Notes under the pieces: generated by a model | Databases searched by the model: none | The model's input: only the letters and a program-made list of their open reading frames with translations | Told to the model about the DNA's origin: nothing | Assembly: GCA_964016885.1 (NCBI GenBank) | Contig: OZ024757.1 | Span: 8,246,001-8,310,000, forward strand | DNA: 64,000 bases | Reading direction: 5' to 3' | Source of the DNA: Eledone cirrhosa | Lineage: Eukaryota | Translations under genes and position numbers: made by a program | In this document: positions 13,301 to 24,876 of the stretch, piece by piece | Layout: each line of letters begins with the position of its first letter | Position numbering within the stretch: the stretch's first letter is position 1

Positions 13301-16300
13301 ATAGGCTGTCCACAATTCAAGATAGTCAGCTACACGGACCACAAATTCGTGATCTGTGTGCTTGACTTAGATAGGCTTCATAGACGAGGACCCGGCTACT
13401 GGAAGCTAAACGCGTCCTTACCAGCGCGCAAGGCCTACAGAGACCGGATTAGCGAACTAGTTAAGCGGGCGTTGACGGGGGCCATCATCAACAACAAGTG
13501 GTGGTTTGCTCTGAAAAGAGCGATTAGAATAGAATCCATTAGGTTTAGTAAGGCTTTTGCAATAGAGAAAAATAGAGCAGAGGGAGAACTAGTTAGAAAA
13601 TTAGACAAGGCGCTTAGCAAAGGCACTGCGACCGACGTGCTTGCGGCGAAATTGGCCCTTGACCAATTCTTCAATGCAAAGCACGAAGGCAGCGTTGTCA
13701 GAGCAAGGGTGCGTGCTCTCAGACACGAGGGGACGAAAGCCGTTCAATGGGCCCGAGTGGCGGAGGCGCGTCGTGGCAACAAAGCCACGATCCGGTCTTT
13801 GGTGGACCACGACGGGCGCATGGTACTCGATCCCGGGCAAATGTGTGAAGCTTTTCAGCAACACTTCGCTCAGCTGTTCGGGGGCAGCGGTGGGCCGGGT
13901 CGAGGGATGGACTTTAGTGTCTACCGCGACGGACTGCCGCGGCTCTCGGCCACTGAGGCGAAGTGTTGCGAAAAGCCGATAACAGCCGCTGAAGTAAGGG
14001 AGGCAATGACTGGCTGCACAAGGGGTAAATCGCCTGGTTTGGATGGTCTGCCCTATGAACTTTACGTACAGATGCCAGACTTGTTCGGAGGCCTCTTGGC
14101 GGACGTCTACTGCAACTGGCAACAGAACGGGATAATTCCCAGTTCTGTGAGCCGAGGAGCGGTGGAACTGCTGAGAAAGGATCCAAACAAGGGGTATAAC
14201 ATAGATAATTTCCGGCCCATAACTCTGCTAAACACAGAGTTCAAGATTTTGGCCAAGGTGCTAGCAAAGTGGTTGGCGCTTGTCATTGGTGGTCTGGTGG
14301 GAGAGGCGCAGACATGCGCCATTCCCGACAGACCCATCCACGACAACCTCCACCTCATGCGATACACCGTAGAGAGGGTAGCTAAGGAACCTGGCACGGG
14401 TGGGTCCTTGATCAATTTAGATCAGTCGAAAGCTTTCGATAGGGTCGACCATCGTTACCTAGCGGTAGTCCTGAGGGCGGCTGGCTTTGGGCCCGTCTTC
14501 AGAGGCTGGATCGCTGCCATGCACAGCGACATCTGCTCTGTGGTGAGAGTGAACGGTCACCTGTCGGAACCGTTCAACATCATCCGCTCGGTCCGCCAAG
14601 GATGTCCCCTCTCGTCCCTCTTGTACGTATTGACTCTCGAGCCATTACTGCACAAACTGGAGACGTTGAGGGGCGTCCCGCGCGAACTAGGATGCGGAAG
14701 ATCCGTGTCAGCATATGCGGACGATGTCACCGTAGTGGTGTCGAATGCCAAACACATCGAGGCGATCGGCACTACACTAAGAGAATACGAAGCGGTGACA
14801 GGAGCAATGATCAACCAGGAAAAGTCAGTGGGCCTGCAGCTCGGCACCTGGAGAGGCAGGTCCATGCCGTCCAACAGCGTCGTCGGACGCTGGACGGACG
14901 GACCGGTTAAATTGCTAGGGGTCTGGTTCGGTCCGGACCTCCAGACGGACAAAAACTGGGACGAGGTAACGAGCAGGGTGGCTTCTCTCACACAGAAATG
15001 GGTGGAGAGGAAGCTATCCCTGAAAGGTCGAGCGGAGGTGGCTAACGCGTACATCGCGTCTGTCATCTGCTACCGCCTGACCGTCGTACCTTGTCCTAAG
15101 CCTCTCCTGACTGCGCTGGAGCGTTTGCTCTTTCGCTTTTTGTGGAAGGGACGCGCTCCGATGGTCAGGCGGTGCATTTGTTGTCAACACCCGCTACGTG
15201 GAGGGCCGGGCATGCCGTGGCTGATGATGCGCAGGCACGCGCTCAGGCTACATTTCCACCTCTTCCTCGACGGTGATCAGGTGTGGTCACCGTTTGCTAG
15301 ACACGTATTTCCCCAGCTCGTTTCCTTGACGGAGCTGCAGTCCTGGGTCAAGCGAAGACCGAGAGGGAGCGCCTGGAGACTGGAATGTCTTCAGGCGCTC
15401 ACAGCCCTCGACCAATCGGGCAATGTGATCGGTGGAAACTCCACCTCGGCGTTCTATAGAGGATTAGTGGAGGGGAAGAGCGACGACGTACTTGGGAAAA
15501 CTCTAGGCGTCGACGAATATTAACTAGCCAATCTCTTCGGAAGAACTTTCGGGCCAGGACCTATGGACAACTTCCAGAAATCTCTGGCCAGGCAGTGCTA
15601 CCGAGGAGGCTTGCCAGTTCGGGATAAACTTTACAGGCATGGAGGTGCCGTCAGCCGGGCATGTCCGAGATGCGCGCAGGGCGACGAAACCGCCTGCACG
15701 CACTCGTCCAGTGTCCGAAAATTGCTGACTTGTGGGTTTATATCGAACACCTGCTGTCGCGTTTAGGACGGATCCGGATATCATCTGAGTCCATCGTGAG
15801 GATTGCCCCGCCCTCCTCCTTTAGCCGGGAAGGGCAGGCAGTTTTTATCTGTCTGGTGGCCATGGCGAAAGAGATAGTATGGTGGACACGTTTGAAAGGG
15901 CTGAAGACGAGCACTTACCTCTTCGGTGATGCTCTGATTGACTTTTTCAAATTTCATTTGAAAAGGAAAATCAGAGTAGAGAGGGAAGTGCTCTCTTCCC
16001 AGCATTTTGTTGAAAGATGGGTGAGAGAAGCAAGAATGGCCCGAGTGAATGGGCCTACTCTGAGTATATATCTGTAAATTAAAGGTGGAAAACTGGGAGA
16101 GGGCACTTGGCTAGGTGGTCAGGGTCATTGTGGCCTTTTACTGGGCTTTCTCCACAAATGTCCCTCCGAAGTCTTCCCCCTATTGGGGAATTTTTCATTT
16201 TTATTTTTTGTTACATCCTCTGTTTTTGTTTTTTACACGCAGAAATGCCCATTTGTACCGTCCTGTATTGTCCTGCACTCTCCTTAATGTCTAATTTATG

Positions 16301-16325
16301 TAAACCCTTGTGGTTAATAAAGAAA

Positions 16326-16327
<2 letters not shown>
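10320..16327 (+). mobile_element. Tx1/L1-clade non-LTR retrotransposon, full-length, lightly degenerate (copy 2)
   Basis: Structured 5' UTR, broken ORF1 (~10534-12626), a 953-aa ORF2 segment with a continuation to 16077, and a 3' UTR ending CCCTTGTGGTTAATAAAGAAA followed by (TTA)n. Confidence 0.92.
12662..15523 (+). CDS. Tx1-like ORF2: APE endonuclease + reverse transcriptase, cut by a premature TAA; zinc-knuckle C-terminus continues to 16077 after a 1-nt frameshift
   Basis: Endonuclease motifs NARG, ISET, GDWNG, YLDR and TDH. RT motifs KSPGLDG, FRPITLLNTEFK, LDQSKAFDRVDH, VRQGCPLS, YADD and KLLG. The TAA at 15521-15523 aligns with CAA in copy 1. Confidence 0.9.
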   Translation: MTSLRIGSINARGLGSSWKQGHLLNDLRSLNIDVVAISETRISEARAFAPIFGGYDVYASPSRPGSGGGVAVLFRRGLDLAIRAIFLDPEGKLVVLDVTSGDGQAFRLVAVYTPTGAGRPDFFRRLETFLGTSRSLVLVGDWNGILDARLDFVGLADRGGVFKSLTNLLRRFELSDRYQLDFPNVPMWTWTNRIGSSRSYLDRVFCREIDRSSIGCPQFKIVSYTDHKFVICVLDLDRLHRRGPGYWKLNASLPARKAYRDRISELVKRALTGAIINNKWWFALKRAIRIESIRFSKAFAIEKNRAEGELVRKLDKALSKGTATDVLAAKLALDQFFNAKHEGSVVRARVRALRHEGTKAVQWARVAEARRGNKATIRSLVDHDGRMVLDPGQMCEAFQQHFAQLFGGSGGPGRGMDFSVYRDGLPRLSATEAKCCEKPITAAEVREAMTGCTRGKSPGLDGLPYELYVQMPDLFGGLLADVYCNWQQNGIIPSSVSRGAVELLRKDPNKGYNIDNFRPITLLNTEFKILAKVLAKWLALVIGGLVGEAQTCAIPDRPIHDNLHLMRYTVERVAKEPGTGGSLINLDQSKAFDRVDHRYLAVVLRAAGFGPVFRGWIAAMHSDICSVVRVNGHLSEPFNIIRSVRQGCPLSSLLYVLTLEPLLHKLETLRGVPRELGCGRSVSAYADDVTVVVSNAKHIEAIGTTLREYEAVTGAMINQEKSVGLQLGTWRGRSMPSNSVVGRWTDGPVKLLGVWFGPDLQTDKNWDEVTSRVASLTQKWVERKLSLKGRAEVANAYIASVICYRLTVVPCPKPLLTALERLLFRFLWKGRAPMVRRCICCQHPLRGGPGMPWLMMRRHALRLHFHLFLDGDQVWSPFARHVFPQLVSLTELQSWVKRRPRGSAWRLECLQALTALDQSGNVIGGNSTSAFYRGLVEGKSDDVLGKTLGVDEY

Positions 16328-16360
<33 letters not shown>

Positions 16361-16369
16361 GTTGTTATT
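16328..16369. repeat. (TTA)n/(TTG) microsatellite joining the Tx1 copy 2 3' end to the Dong copy B 3' end (tail to tail)
   Basis: Read directly from the sequence. Confidence 0.95.
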
Positions 16370-19300
16370 CCTTGAGTCTCAGTCATTGATGTTAGTTAAC
16401 TGGAAAGTCCGTTGGATTGAATATCAAGCCACTACCTGCAGCCTCAGATATTCAGGACGTATCGGAGGGTTCTTGCTGTTCCAAGCAAGCATGCCTTTTG
16501 AAGCGTTCCAAAAAGCGTGAAGGGGCCGATTTTCTTTAACCATCCCTGGAAACTTTTGGAGATAGTCCCCAGTGTGCCTATGACAATCGGGATCACTTTG
16601 ACTTCATGGCAGTTCCAAATCCTTTTCACCTCCCATTTTAGGTCCTGGTATCGGTTAATTTTCTCCTTCTCCTTCTCTTGCACTCTCGTGTCGAATGGGC
16701 AGGCCACATCCACAATCAGACACGATCTTTTTTCTTTGTCCACAACCACCAGGTCAGGTCTATTGTGTTCCAGTTTTTTGTCCGTCTGTATCCTAAAATC
16801 CCACAGCACCTTCACCTGATTGTTCTCCATCACCGCCTCTGTCCTATGCTCATACCATTTCTCAGAATGTGGTAAATTGTTTACTTTGCACAGGTGCCAG
16901 TGGATCACCCTGCCCATCACATCGTGTCTCCAGCCCTTATAGTGGGTCTGGGCTAGGCGTTTACACTCGGACACAATGTGAGCCACAGTCTCCTCTCTCT
17001 CTCCACAGATCCTGCACAGTGGGCTAGCCTCCTCCTTGTAAATATGGTGCTTCAACCACTTCGTTTTGAGGGCCTGCTCCTGCGCAGCCATTAGCATTCC
17101 TTCTGTAGCCTTTTTGAGGTCTCCTCTTCTCAACCAGTTCCATGTCTGTGGATCTCTATATTCAGTTTTCTCAAAGAAGGTACTATGAAGGGATTTTCCC
17201 TTAAGGCTGCTCTTCCTCCTTGATGTTATTTCCTCCTTGGACATCCCCTGGCCTACTGTCCCCTCCTTCAGTACAGTTCTGAGCATTGGCTCCTTACTAT
17301 AGGTCACGTATTTGTATAGGTTGTTTTTCTCCATCTGAACACAGTCCTCTATGCTGATAAGACCTCTTCCACCCTCAGATCTCCTTAGGTAGAGTCTATC
17401 GACATCACTCCTCTTGTGGAACATGTTGTAGATAGTCAATAGCTTCCTAGTCTTCCTATCCATTTCTTTTTGTTCAGCAATATTCCATCTCAGAATTCCC
17501 GCACTGTACCTAATAATAGACACAGCTCGGGAATTTACTGCGCTTATGGCATTTCTGCTGTTCAGATGTGACTTCAATACGCTCCTTACTCTCCGAATGT
17601 ATTCAGTTCTTAACAATTCCTTCATTTTTTTGTTCTTTATGCCATCAGCCTCCAGAACTCCCAGATACTTGTATCCTTCCTCATAGTCAATTTCCTTTAT
17701 CATCTCACCTGTTGGTATCTGGATCCCGTTACTTCTGCTCGACCTACCCCTCCTCATCACAATGACTCCACATTTACCAATACCAAACTGCGTACATATA
17801 TCACTGCTGAAAATACGGACAGTGTCAACAAGCACATCCAACTCCTTCTCACTTTTCCCGAAGAGCTTAAGATCGTCCATGAAGTGGAGGTGATTGATGG
17901 TAAGCTCTCCCCTTCCCAACTTGTATCCTGCTCTCACTTTTCGCAGCATAATGGTCAAGGGCATCAGGGCAAGGGCAAACAACAGAGGGGACAGGCTATC
18001 TCCCTGGAAGATACCTCTCTTGATCTTCACGCTTCCCAAGGATACTCCAGTTGATGTCAACTCTGTCTCCCAGGACCCCATACTCCTGCCTAGCAACTGT
18101 CTGATGTTATCTGCCACCCTGAAGATCTCCAGGCTTTTGGTGATCCAAGAATGAGGCACCATGTCAAATGCCTTTCTGTAGTCTATCCATCCCATGGCAA
18201 GATCAGTGTGTCTCCTGCAATTCCCCATTACCATCTTATCAATAAGTAACTGGTCCTTTGTACCACGTGACTTCTTTCAGCATCCTTTCTGTTCGTCCGG
18301 TAACAAGTTGTTTGTGTGGAGGTGATGGTAGATTTCCTCAGACACAATGCTCGTCAACAGTTTCCACATTACGGACAGACATGTGATAGCTCTATAGTTG
18401 GTAACATCATTACCCTTGATTCGGTCTTTCATTATCAGAACTGTGGTACCTTTTGTCAACCACTCTGGCACCTCACCCGACACCAAGCAGTCATTGAACA
18501 TGGCCGTCAGCTTCGGGTGGAGGGATGTTAAATGTTTAATCCAATACCCCTGCACACCATCTGGGCCTGGTGATTTCCAGTTGGTTAGTTTTTTGGTCTG
18601 CCCCTTAAGAGTTTCAACTGTGATACACAAATCAGTTTGTTGTTGTGCCTGCTCACCGATCTTCCTCTGTACTGTCTCAATCCACCCTGCCTGGACATTA
18701 TGTCTAACATCCTGCTCCCATATTCCTCTCCAGAATGTTTTAGTTTGCTCCGCCCCAGGGATCAAGTCGTTGCCTCTTTCTTTCCCCTCAAGCTGTCCAA
18801 ACAGCATCTTCTGGTTGTTGTCGAACATGCGGTTCTGTTTATACTGACTGACTCTGTTCTCGTATCGCCTGATTTTTGCACTCTTTGCTACAATGCGTTG
18901 CTTCAGTTCCTCTATGATAATATTTAGCTTTTTCCTCCTAGTTTTGTATTTTATTTCCAGTCTATTTTTAGTGCCTATGTTTTTTAGTGTCCCATTCAGT
19001 AGTGACTCAAGCTTTCCTATGTCATTTCTCATTTCCCCGATTTGCCCACTCAGTCGCTTCTTCCACCACGGCTCTGCTCTTTCTTGTCTGTTGTTTCCTC
19101 TCGCTTTTATACCAAGTAGTTTCCTCACCGTATTTGCTGTTGCTTTGAGGATATTGTTGCACTGGTGAAGGCTCCTCGCCTCAAGGTATGGGATGACTTT
19201 GTTTACCTTAGCTGTTGTTTCTTTTAACTTTTTCCTGTCTACAAATCTTAGGTTCATAGGTCTCCCACTATCATTGTTCAATTCATCTACCACTAAATTT

Positions 19301-19911
19301 AGGATGTCAACCGAGTCTTGTCCTAGCCCGTCAGCATTCATCTCCTCAGTGGCCGTATCTCTGTTCCAGGTATTATTTATCTCAGTATTCAGATCATTGT
19401 CTGCTTCGGGTGGTTTCTCCGTTCTCAGGACCTCTTCACCTTCATTTCCCACTGGCTCGCTTGTCTGGCATACTACACCCGCCATCTCCAAGCCATTCTC
19501 TCTGCTCAGTTCCTCCAGTTCCAGCTCGCTTATCCACCCATTAGTTCTTATTACCCGAGTCTGCCCGGCCAATTTTTGTTCATCTAATTTAAATAAACAA
19601 ATCTCGTTCCAGATGTTATGCATCCGTCTCCTGTAGCCCCTCTCCTTGGGGTTACTTTTCAGGTAACATTGTATAACAGTTCTATTCAATTGTTTCGTCC
19701 AGTTGGTTCTGGCCCCTTTCCTTCTTCTCCTTCCTCCAACATCAGCAGTATTTGGTTGACAGTCAGGTTCCTGCTGCTGAGCCAGGGGGCACCTGTTGGG
19801 TGAGAGTCTGTCACATGACGTTCTAGTCTCCATTTCACCGTTATTCGAACTGTTTATGTTCGATATTTAAACACTCTTATCGAGGATTGGCGAATGTATG
19901 GTTACATAGCC
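16370..19911 (-). mobile_element. R4/Dong-like RLE non-LTR retrotransposon (copy B), full-length, with a single premature stop
   Basis: ORFs 18277-19833 and 16444-18234 are in the same frame and are separated by one TGA (QKGC*KKSRGTKDQLLIDKM), spanning 1130 codons in total. RT motifs: WIDYRKAFDMVPH, GIFQGDSLSPLLF, FMDDLKLF, YKYLG. CCHC knuckle: CRIC..ETVAHIVSEC. RLE motifs: RHD, NRPDLVV, DVACPFD, EKINRY. Both sides are flanked by (TAA)n on the element strand. Confidence 0.93.
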
Positions 19912-19944
19912 TATTATTATTATTATTATTACTATTACTATTAC
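19912..19944. repeat. (TTA)n/(CTA) microsatellite between Dong copies B and C
   Basis: Read directly from the sequence. Confidence 0.93.
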
Positions 19945-20985
19945 TCTTTGAGTCTCAGTCATTGATGTTAGTTAACTGGAAAGTTTGTTGAAATGAATAT
20001 CAAGCCACTACCTGCAGCCTCAGATATTCAGGACGTATCGCACGGTTGTTGCTGTTCCCAGCAAGCATGCCTTTTGAAGTGTTCCAAAAAGCGTGTAGGG
20101 GCCAATTTTCTTTAACCATCTCTGGACACCTTTTGAGATAGTCCCTTGTGCACCTATGACAATCGGGATCACTTTGACTTCATGGCAGTTCCAAATCATT
20201 TTTACCCACTTTAAGTTCTGGTATCGGTTAATTTTCTCCCTCTCCTTCTCTTGCACTCTCGTGTCGAATGGGCAAGCCACATCCACAATCAGTCACGATC
20301 TTTTTTCTTTGTCCACAACCACCAGGTCAGGTCTATTTTGTTCCAGTTTCTTGTCCGTCTGTATCCTAAAGTCCCACAGCACCTTCACCTGATCGTTTTC
20401 TATCACCGACTCTGGCTTATGCTCATACCACTTCCCAGAATGTGGTAAATTGTTTACTTTGCATAGGTGCCAGTAGATCACCCTGCCCATCACATCATGT
20501 CTCCAGCCCTTATAGTGAGTCTGGGCTAGGTGTTTACACTCGGATACAATGTGAGCCACATTCTCCTCTCTATCTCCACAGATCCTGCACAGTGGGCTAG
20601 CCTTCCCCTTGTAAATATGGTGTTTCAACCACTTCGTTTTTAGGGCCTGCTCCTGCGCAGCCATTAACATTCCTTCTGTAGCCTTTTTAAGGTCTCCTCT
20701 TTTCAACCAGTTCCACATCTGTGGATCTCTAAATTCAGTTTTCTCAAAGAAGGTACTATGAAGGGATTTTTCCTGAAGGCTGCTCTTTCTCCTTGATGTT
20801 ATTTCCTCCTTGGACATCCGCTGGCCTATTGTCCCCTCCTTCAGTACAGTTCTGAGCATTGGCTCCTTACTATCAGTCACGTATTTGTGTAGGTTGTTTT
20901 TCTCCATCTGAACACAGTCCTCTATGCTGATAAGACCTCTTCCACCTTCAGATCTCCTTAAGTAGAGTCTATCGACATGACTCCT
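19945..20985 (-). mobile_element. 5'-truncated R4/Dong-like element (copy C), same family as copy B
   Basis: Closely colinear with 16370-17411 (3' UTR, RLE, CCHC, end of RT). There is a frameshift near 20290, and the 5' end joins repeat X at ~20985. Confidence 0.9.
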
Positions 20986-21570
20986 TCCCCTTTCGTAAGT
21001 TAACAGAAGGTAATGGGGGAATAGCGGTGGTAGCAATGAAGGAGTGGTGGCGGCGGTGATGGGATAGTGGTAGTAATGATGGATGGGTGGTGGCGGCGGT
21101 GATGGGATAGTGGTAGTAATGATGGATGGGTGGTGGCGGCGGTGATGGGATAGTGGTAGTAATGATGGATGTGTGGTGGCGGCGGTGACTGTAGTGATGG
21201 CGTTGTTTAATATATGTGTTGACATATTTTTCTTAATATTGGAATTAAACATTTTGTGAAGACTTGAGACAATAATAATAGTAATTATAATTATTATGCT
21301 GGGATTGGTGGTGGTGAAATTGCCGCTATCTGGCTGTTGCATTTAGTGTACACAGAGGAGTGATGGGATAGGTGGTGTATCTAGTTTGTGGTGTTGGTGA
21401 AATTGCTGTTATTTGGCTGTTCTATATAGGGTAGACAGAGGGGGTGGTTTTCTTCCATTTATAACCATTTTCTTTTTTGAATGTAAAATGTATGTTACAA
21501 AATTGAATATTTGAGCGATATAACAATATATTATGGATCCGAATCTTCCTGAGGCTTGAGTCGGATGCTT
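20986..21570. repeat. ~600-bp dispersed repeat 'X', copy 2, with an expanded internal ~39-bp GGTGGCGGCGGTGATGGGATAGTGGTAGTAATGATGGAT minisatellite
   Basis: Similar to 3820-4430; the internal unit is repeated about four times at 21040-21190. Confidence 0.85.
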
Positions 21571-21789
21571 TATGCATCATTCGTACTAAGAATTGTTATT
21601 TCACAATTGATTTAAATATATTAAAAATCAAAAACTTACGGGAGCGATTTCATGACCTTCTTTCCACCATGTGCGTCTTCTTCCCTTATTATTATTATCA
21701 TTATTATTATTATTATATATGTGTGTGTGTGATTACTTGTCATCTGGCTTAGGCTTGTCACCAGACAATGATCGAGAAACTCTAGCACA

Positions 21790-23890
21790 ACATTTAGAGT
21801 GCCCCTTTAGAATCAACTCTCCTGGCCAGTAAAGAAAGTATTATGACATTCTATGAATCCCTCCGTGTTACAATTACATCTACTCCAGTCGAAAAAAATG
21901 TGATCATTCTTGGTGATTTCAAATCCCAAGTTGGCAGAGACCATGAGAAATGGTATGCACTAGGCCATTGCGGCATCGGTAAGATGAATGCCAATGGTTT
22001 GAAGCTGCTTGAGCTCTGTTGGGAACTAAACCTAGCAATTTGCATTCTTCTGCCAAAAGAAGAAGCATAAAGTTACCTGGATACACCCAAGATCAAAAGA
22101 TGGCCACATGATAGATACAATAGTAACCCGGAAATGCGACCTGAATGATGTCTGTAATGTGTTCGTCGTGTGTAGTGCAGAATGCTACACATACCCTAAG
22201 ATGGTTCGGGGGAAGTTTAAGTTACATATTCGGAAAAAATCTCGCATATGTGAGATCAAAACACTGAAGCGTATTGATGTTGGAAAGTTAAAACAGCTAG
22301 AGGTACATGAGGCTTTGAAAAAACTTTTGAATAATCTTGACTTCGATGGAACGTGGATAAACTTCAGGGATCAATTGTATGTATAGAGTGCCCACCAAAG
22401 TTTATTGATATGTTCGTCCGTCTGCACAGAAATATGAAAGTTCGGGTTGTCTTGAATGGAGAATTGTCAAATGAAATCCTAATTGATAATGGCGTGAAGG
22501 AGGGAGATATCCCGGCTCCCACACGGTTTGCAATATTTTTTGCTGTGATGCTGACTCATGCATTCCAGGACTGTGCAAAGGGTGTTCTATTGCAAGTTAG
22601 AACTACAGAAAGAATCTTTGACCAAAGAAGGTTCAATTTAAATTCAAGGTGTTCCAAATATTAATTAGTGAACTCCTGCATTCAGACGATGCTGACTTTC
22701 TGGCTCACTCTCAAGATGACATGCAATTGTTTTGCAGCGACCTGGAATGCCCTTGGCATGAAAATTAATCTAAAAAGTACCAAGGTAATGTTCACACCAT
22801 CAGCATATATTGAACCAAATATAATGGTGCATGAAACTAGGTTGGGTGTAGTTGACGCTTTTGTTTATTTGGGTAGTGCATTATCAGGGGATGGTTCACT
22901 GGATGCAGAAATACACCTGCGCATTCAAAAGGCCTCTGTAGCCTTCAGAAAACTTGAAAAGAGAGTGTGGGCGGATCATGGAATCAATATCAAGACCAAG
23001 ATTAGTGTGTACAAAGTCTACATTCTGAGTGCTCTGATGTACTCTTCAGAAACGTGGACAGTACATTGTAGACACCTTAATTTGCTTGAACACTTTAATC
23101 AAAAGTGTTTAAGACGAATCCTAAACATCAAATGGCAACAAAAATACCTGGCACACAAATCCGTATAGATGCTGTTTGCACGAGCATTGAATCTACCATC
23201 ATATCCTCTCAAATGCGTTGGGTAGGCCATGCTGTGCGCATGAATGAGGAAATACTCCCAAAACAACTATTTTACAGTCAATTGCACACTGGGAAGCGCC
23301 CTCAACACAAACCAAGAAAAAGATATAAGGATTGCCTAAAAAAAGAACCTTAAAGATCAACGGTTTGAAGTTCAGAACTTGGAAGTGCTTGCTTGAAAGA
23401 GGGGTAAATGGAGAGGACATGTGATGGAAGGCTTCAGAATGTTTGAAGAGAGACGTCTTGATCATGAAGACTTAAACGTTAGCTTCGGAGGAACCACAGT
23501 ATGAACATAAGGTGCTGGATATGTAAGGTGTGTGGTCGTTTACAGCTCACTAAATCTGGGGCCATCACTCATTTAAAATCTCATAAAAAGCCAACGGTAT
23601 GCAGCTCTATCCCTCCAATGCTAGGTGAGACATGTGTGGTGTGCAAAAAGACCTGCAAATCAATCTCTGGTCTATATAGGCATATGAGGGCACATAGGGA
23701 TGATATCCCACAAACTGATCCAATAAATCCAATAGAGGGCACACCTTTTGTCTGTCACATTTACTGCAGACCGTGCAAATCTAATACTGAACTTAAAAGC
23801 CACCTAAGAAGCCATGGATGGACGTTTGGAGTTGGTGATGGTTGATGGGGGTGCATCGGGAGACGGCAATCATCTGCAAAGTTGAAGTAA
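21790..23890 (+). mobile_element. RTE-clade LINE remnant (APE + internally deleted RT + three C-terminal C2H2 zinc fingers)
   Basis: APE motifs: IILGDF..QVG, GIGKMNANGLKLLELC, HMIDTIV. RT and thumb motifs: GVKEGDIPAPT.F, FVYLGS, YSSETW, MRWVGHAVRM..LPKQLFY. C2H2 fingers: CKVC..HLKSH, CVVC..HMRAH, CHIYC..HLRSH. There is a large internal deletion near 22385, and the element ends at (TA)n. Confidence 0.82.
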
Positions 23891-23893
23891 TCA

Positions 23894-23895
<2 letters not shown>

Positions 23896-23967
<72 letters not shown>
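23896..23967. repeat. (TA)n microsatellite
   Basis: Read directly from the sequence. Confidence 0.97.
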
Positions 23968-23971
<4 letters not shown>

Positions 23972-24876
23972 GTTATGTAGTAAGGTGTATTATTGGTTGT
24001 TTCATACAGTCCAATAAACTTTTGTTAGCAATATTAAGTTCTCCACGCTTTTGTAAATCTCCAATTTCATTTAATAACACTTATCTTAAGTCTCAAACGC
24101 TTATCTTAAGGGCCCGAGGGCCCATTTGACGGGTAAACGCACACACTGACACCCTAACTCAAATACCCAACCCTACATGGAGCCCCTTGTTGGCCTACAT
24201 GGCGGGTGCTTGCACGCACAGACTCGGGGACTCAGACTCTCAACGGGACACCGGCACATATAGAGTTCGATACGAGCTGACTACTTGCTCTTCACATGGA
24301 TGTGTATATACCAAAACATACACTATTTAGACGATACGGATGTTACAATTCAATATATACACGTATAGCAGAACGTTGAACGGAATTTACTTGCGTGTGT
24401 ATAGGGCTGTGGTTGACTCAATTTTTTTCTAATTTACATCGTGAAAATTTAGATTTGACCAATATAACGTTTGTTGTTTTGTAAGCTAACTTTCGCTGCA
24501 TACTGTGTTGGTGTGTATATATATTTTCTCCCTGACCTCGCGTCGGTGTGTGTAAGTGTGTGCGTACTCACTAACACTAATTGTGACCGACCAAAATTCT
24601 ACAGATCTGATGCTGAGATTAAACCTGTCCAGCGTCTTTTACAGCTATTGAGAGATAGAGACTTGAGAGATTTGTGACCCTGACTGAAGACGATAGCAGC
24701 TGGCGTGTTTTGGCTGCTGAATCTTCATATGGGGAGGAAAACTCTAGTGAGTGATAATCGATCATGACCACACGATCGATCTATCCCTTATTGAAACATG
24801 TGTCGTGATTAGAATGATTGGAAATTTATACCATGCCTTCGGATCTTTATTTTGATATATATATATATATATATAT

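Noticed and set aside
20293-21342. 349-aa minus-strand ORF as a novel fusion protein
   Set aside because: It is a chance in-frame read from low-complexity repeat X into the truncated Dong C, and the frame breaks again at ~20290.
24684-24810. Second hammerhead candidate (CTGAAGA..GAAACATGTGTC)
   Set aside because: Stem I cannot pair and stem II needs several wobbles across a long insert.
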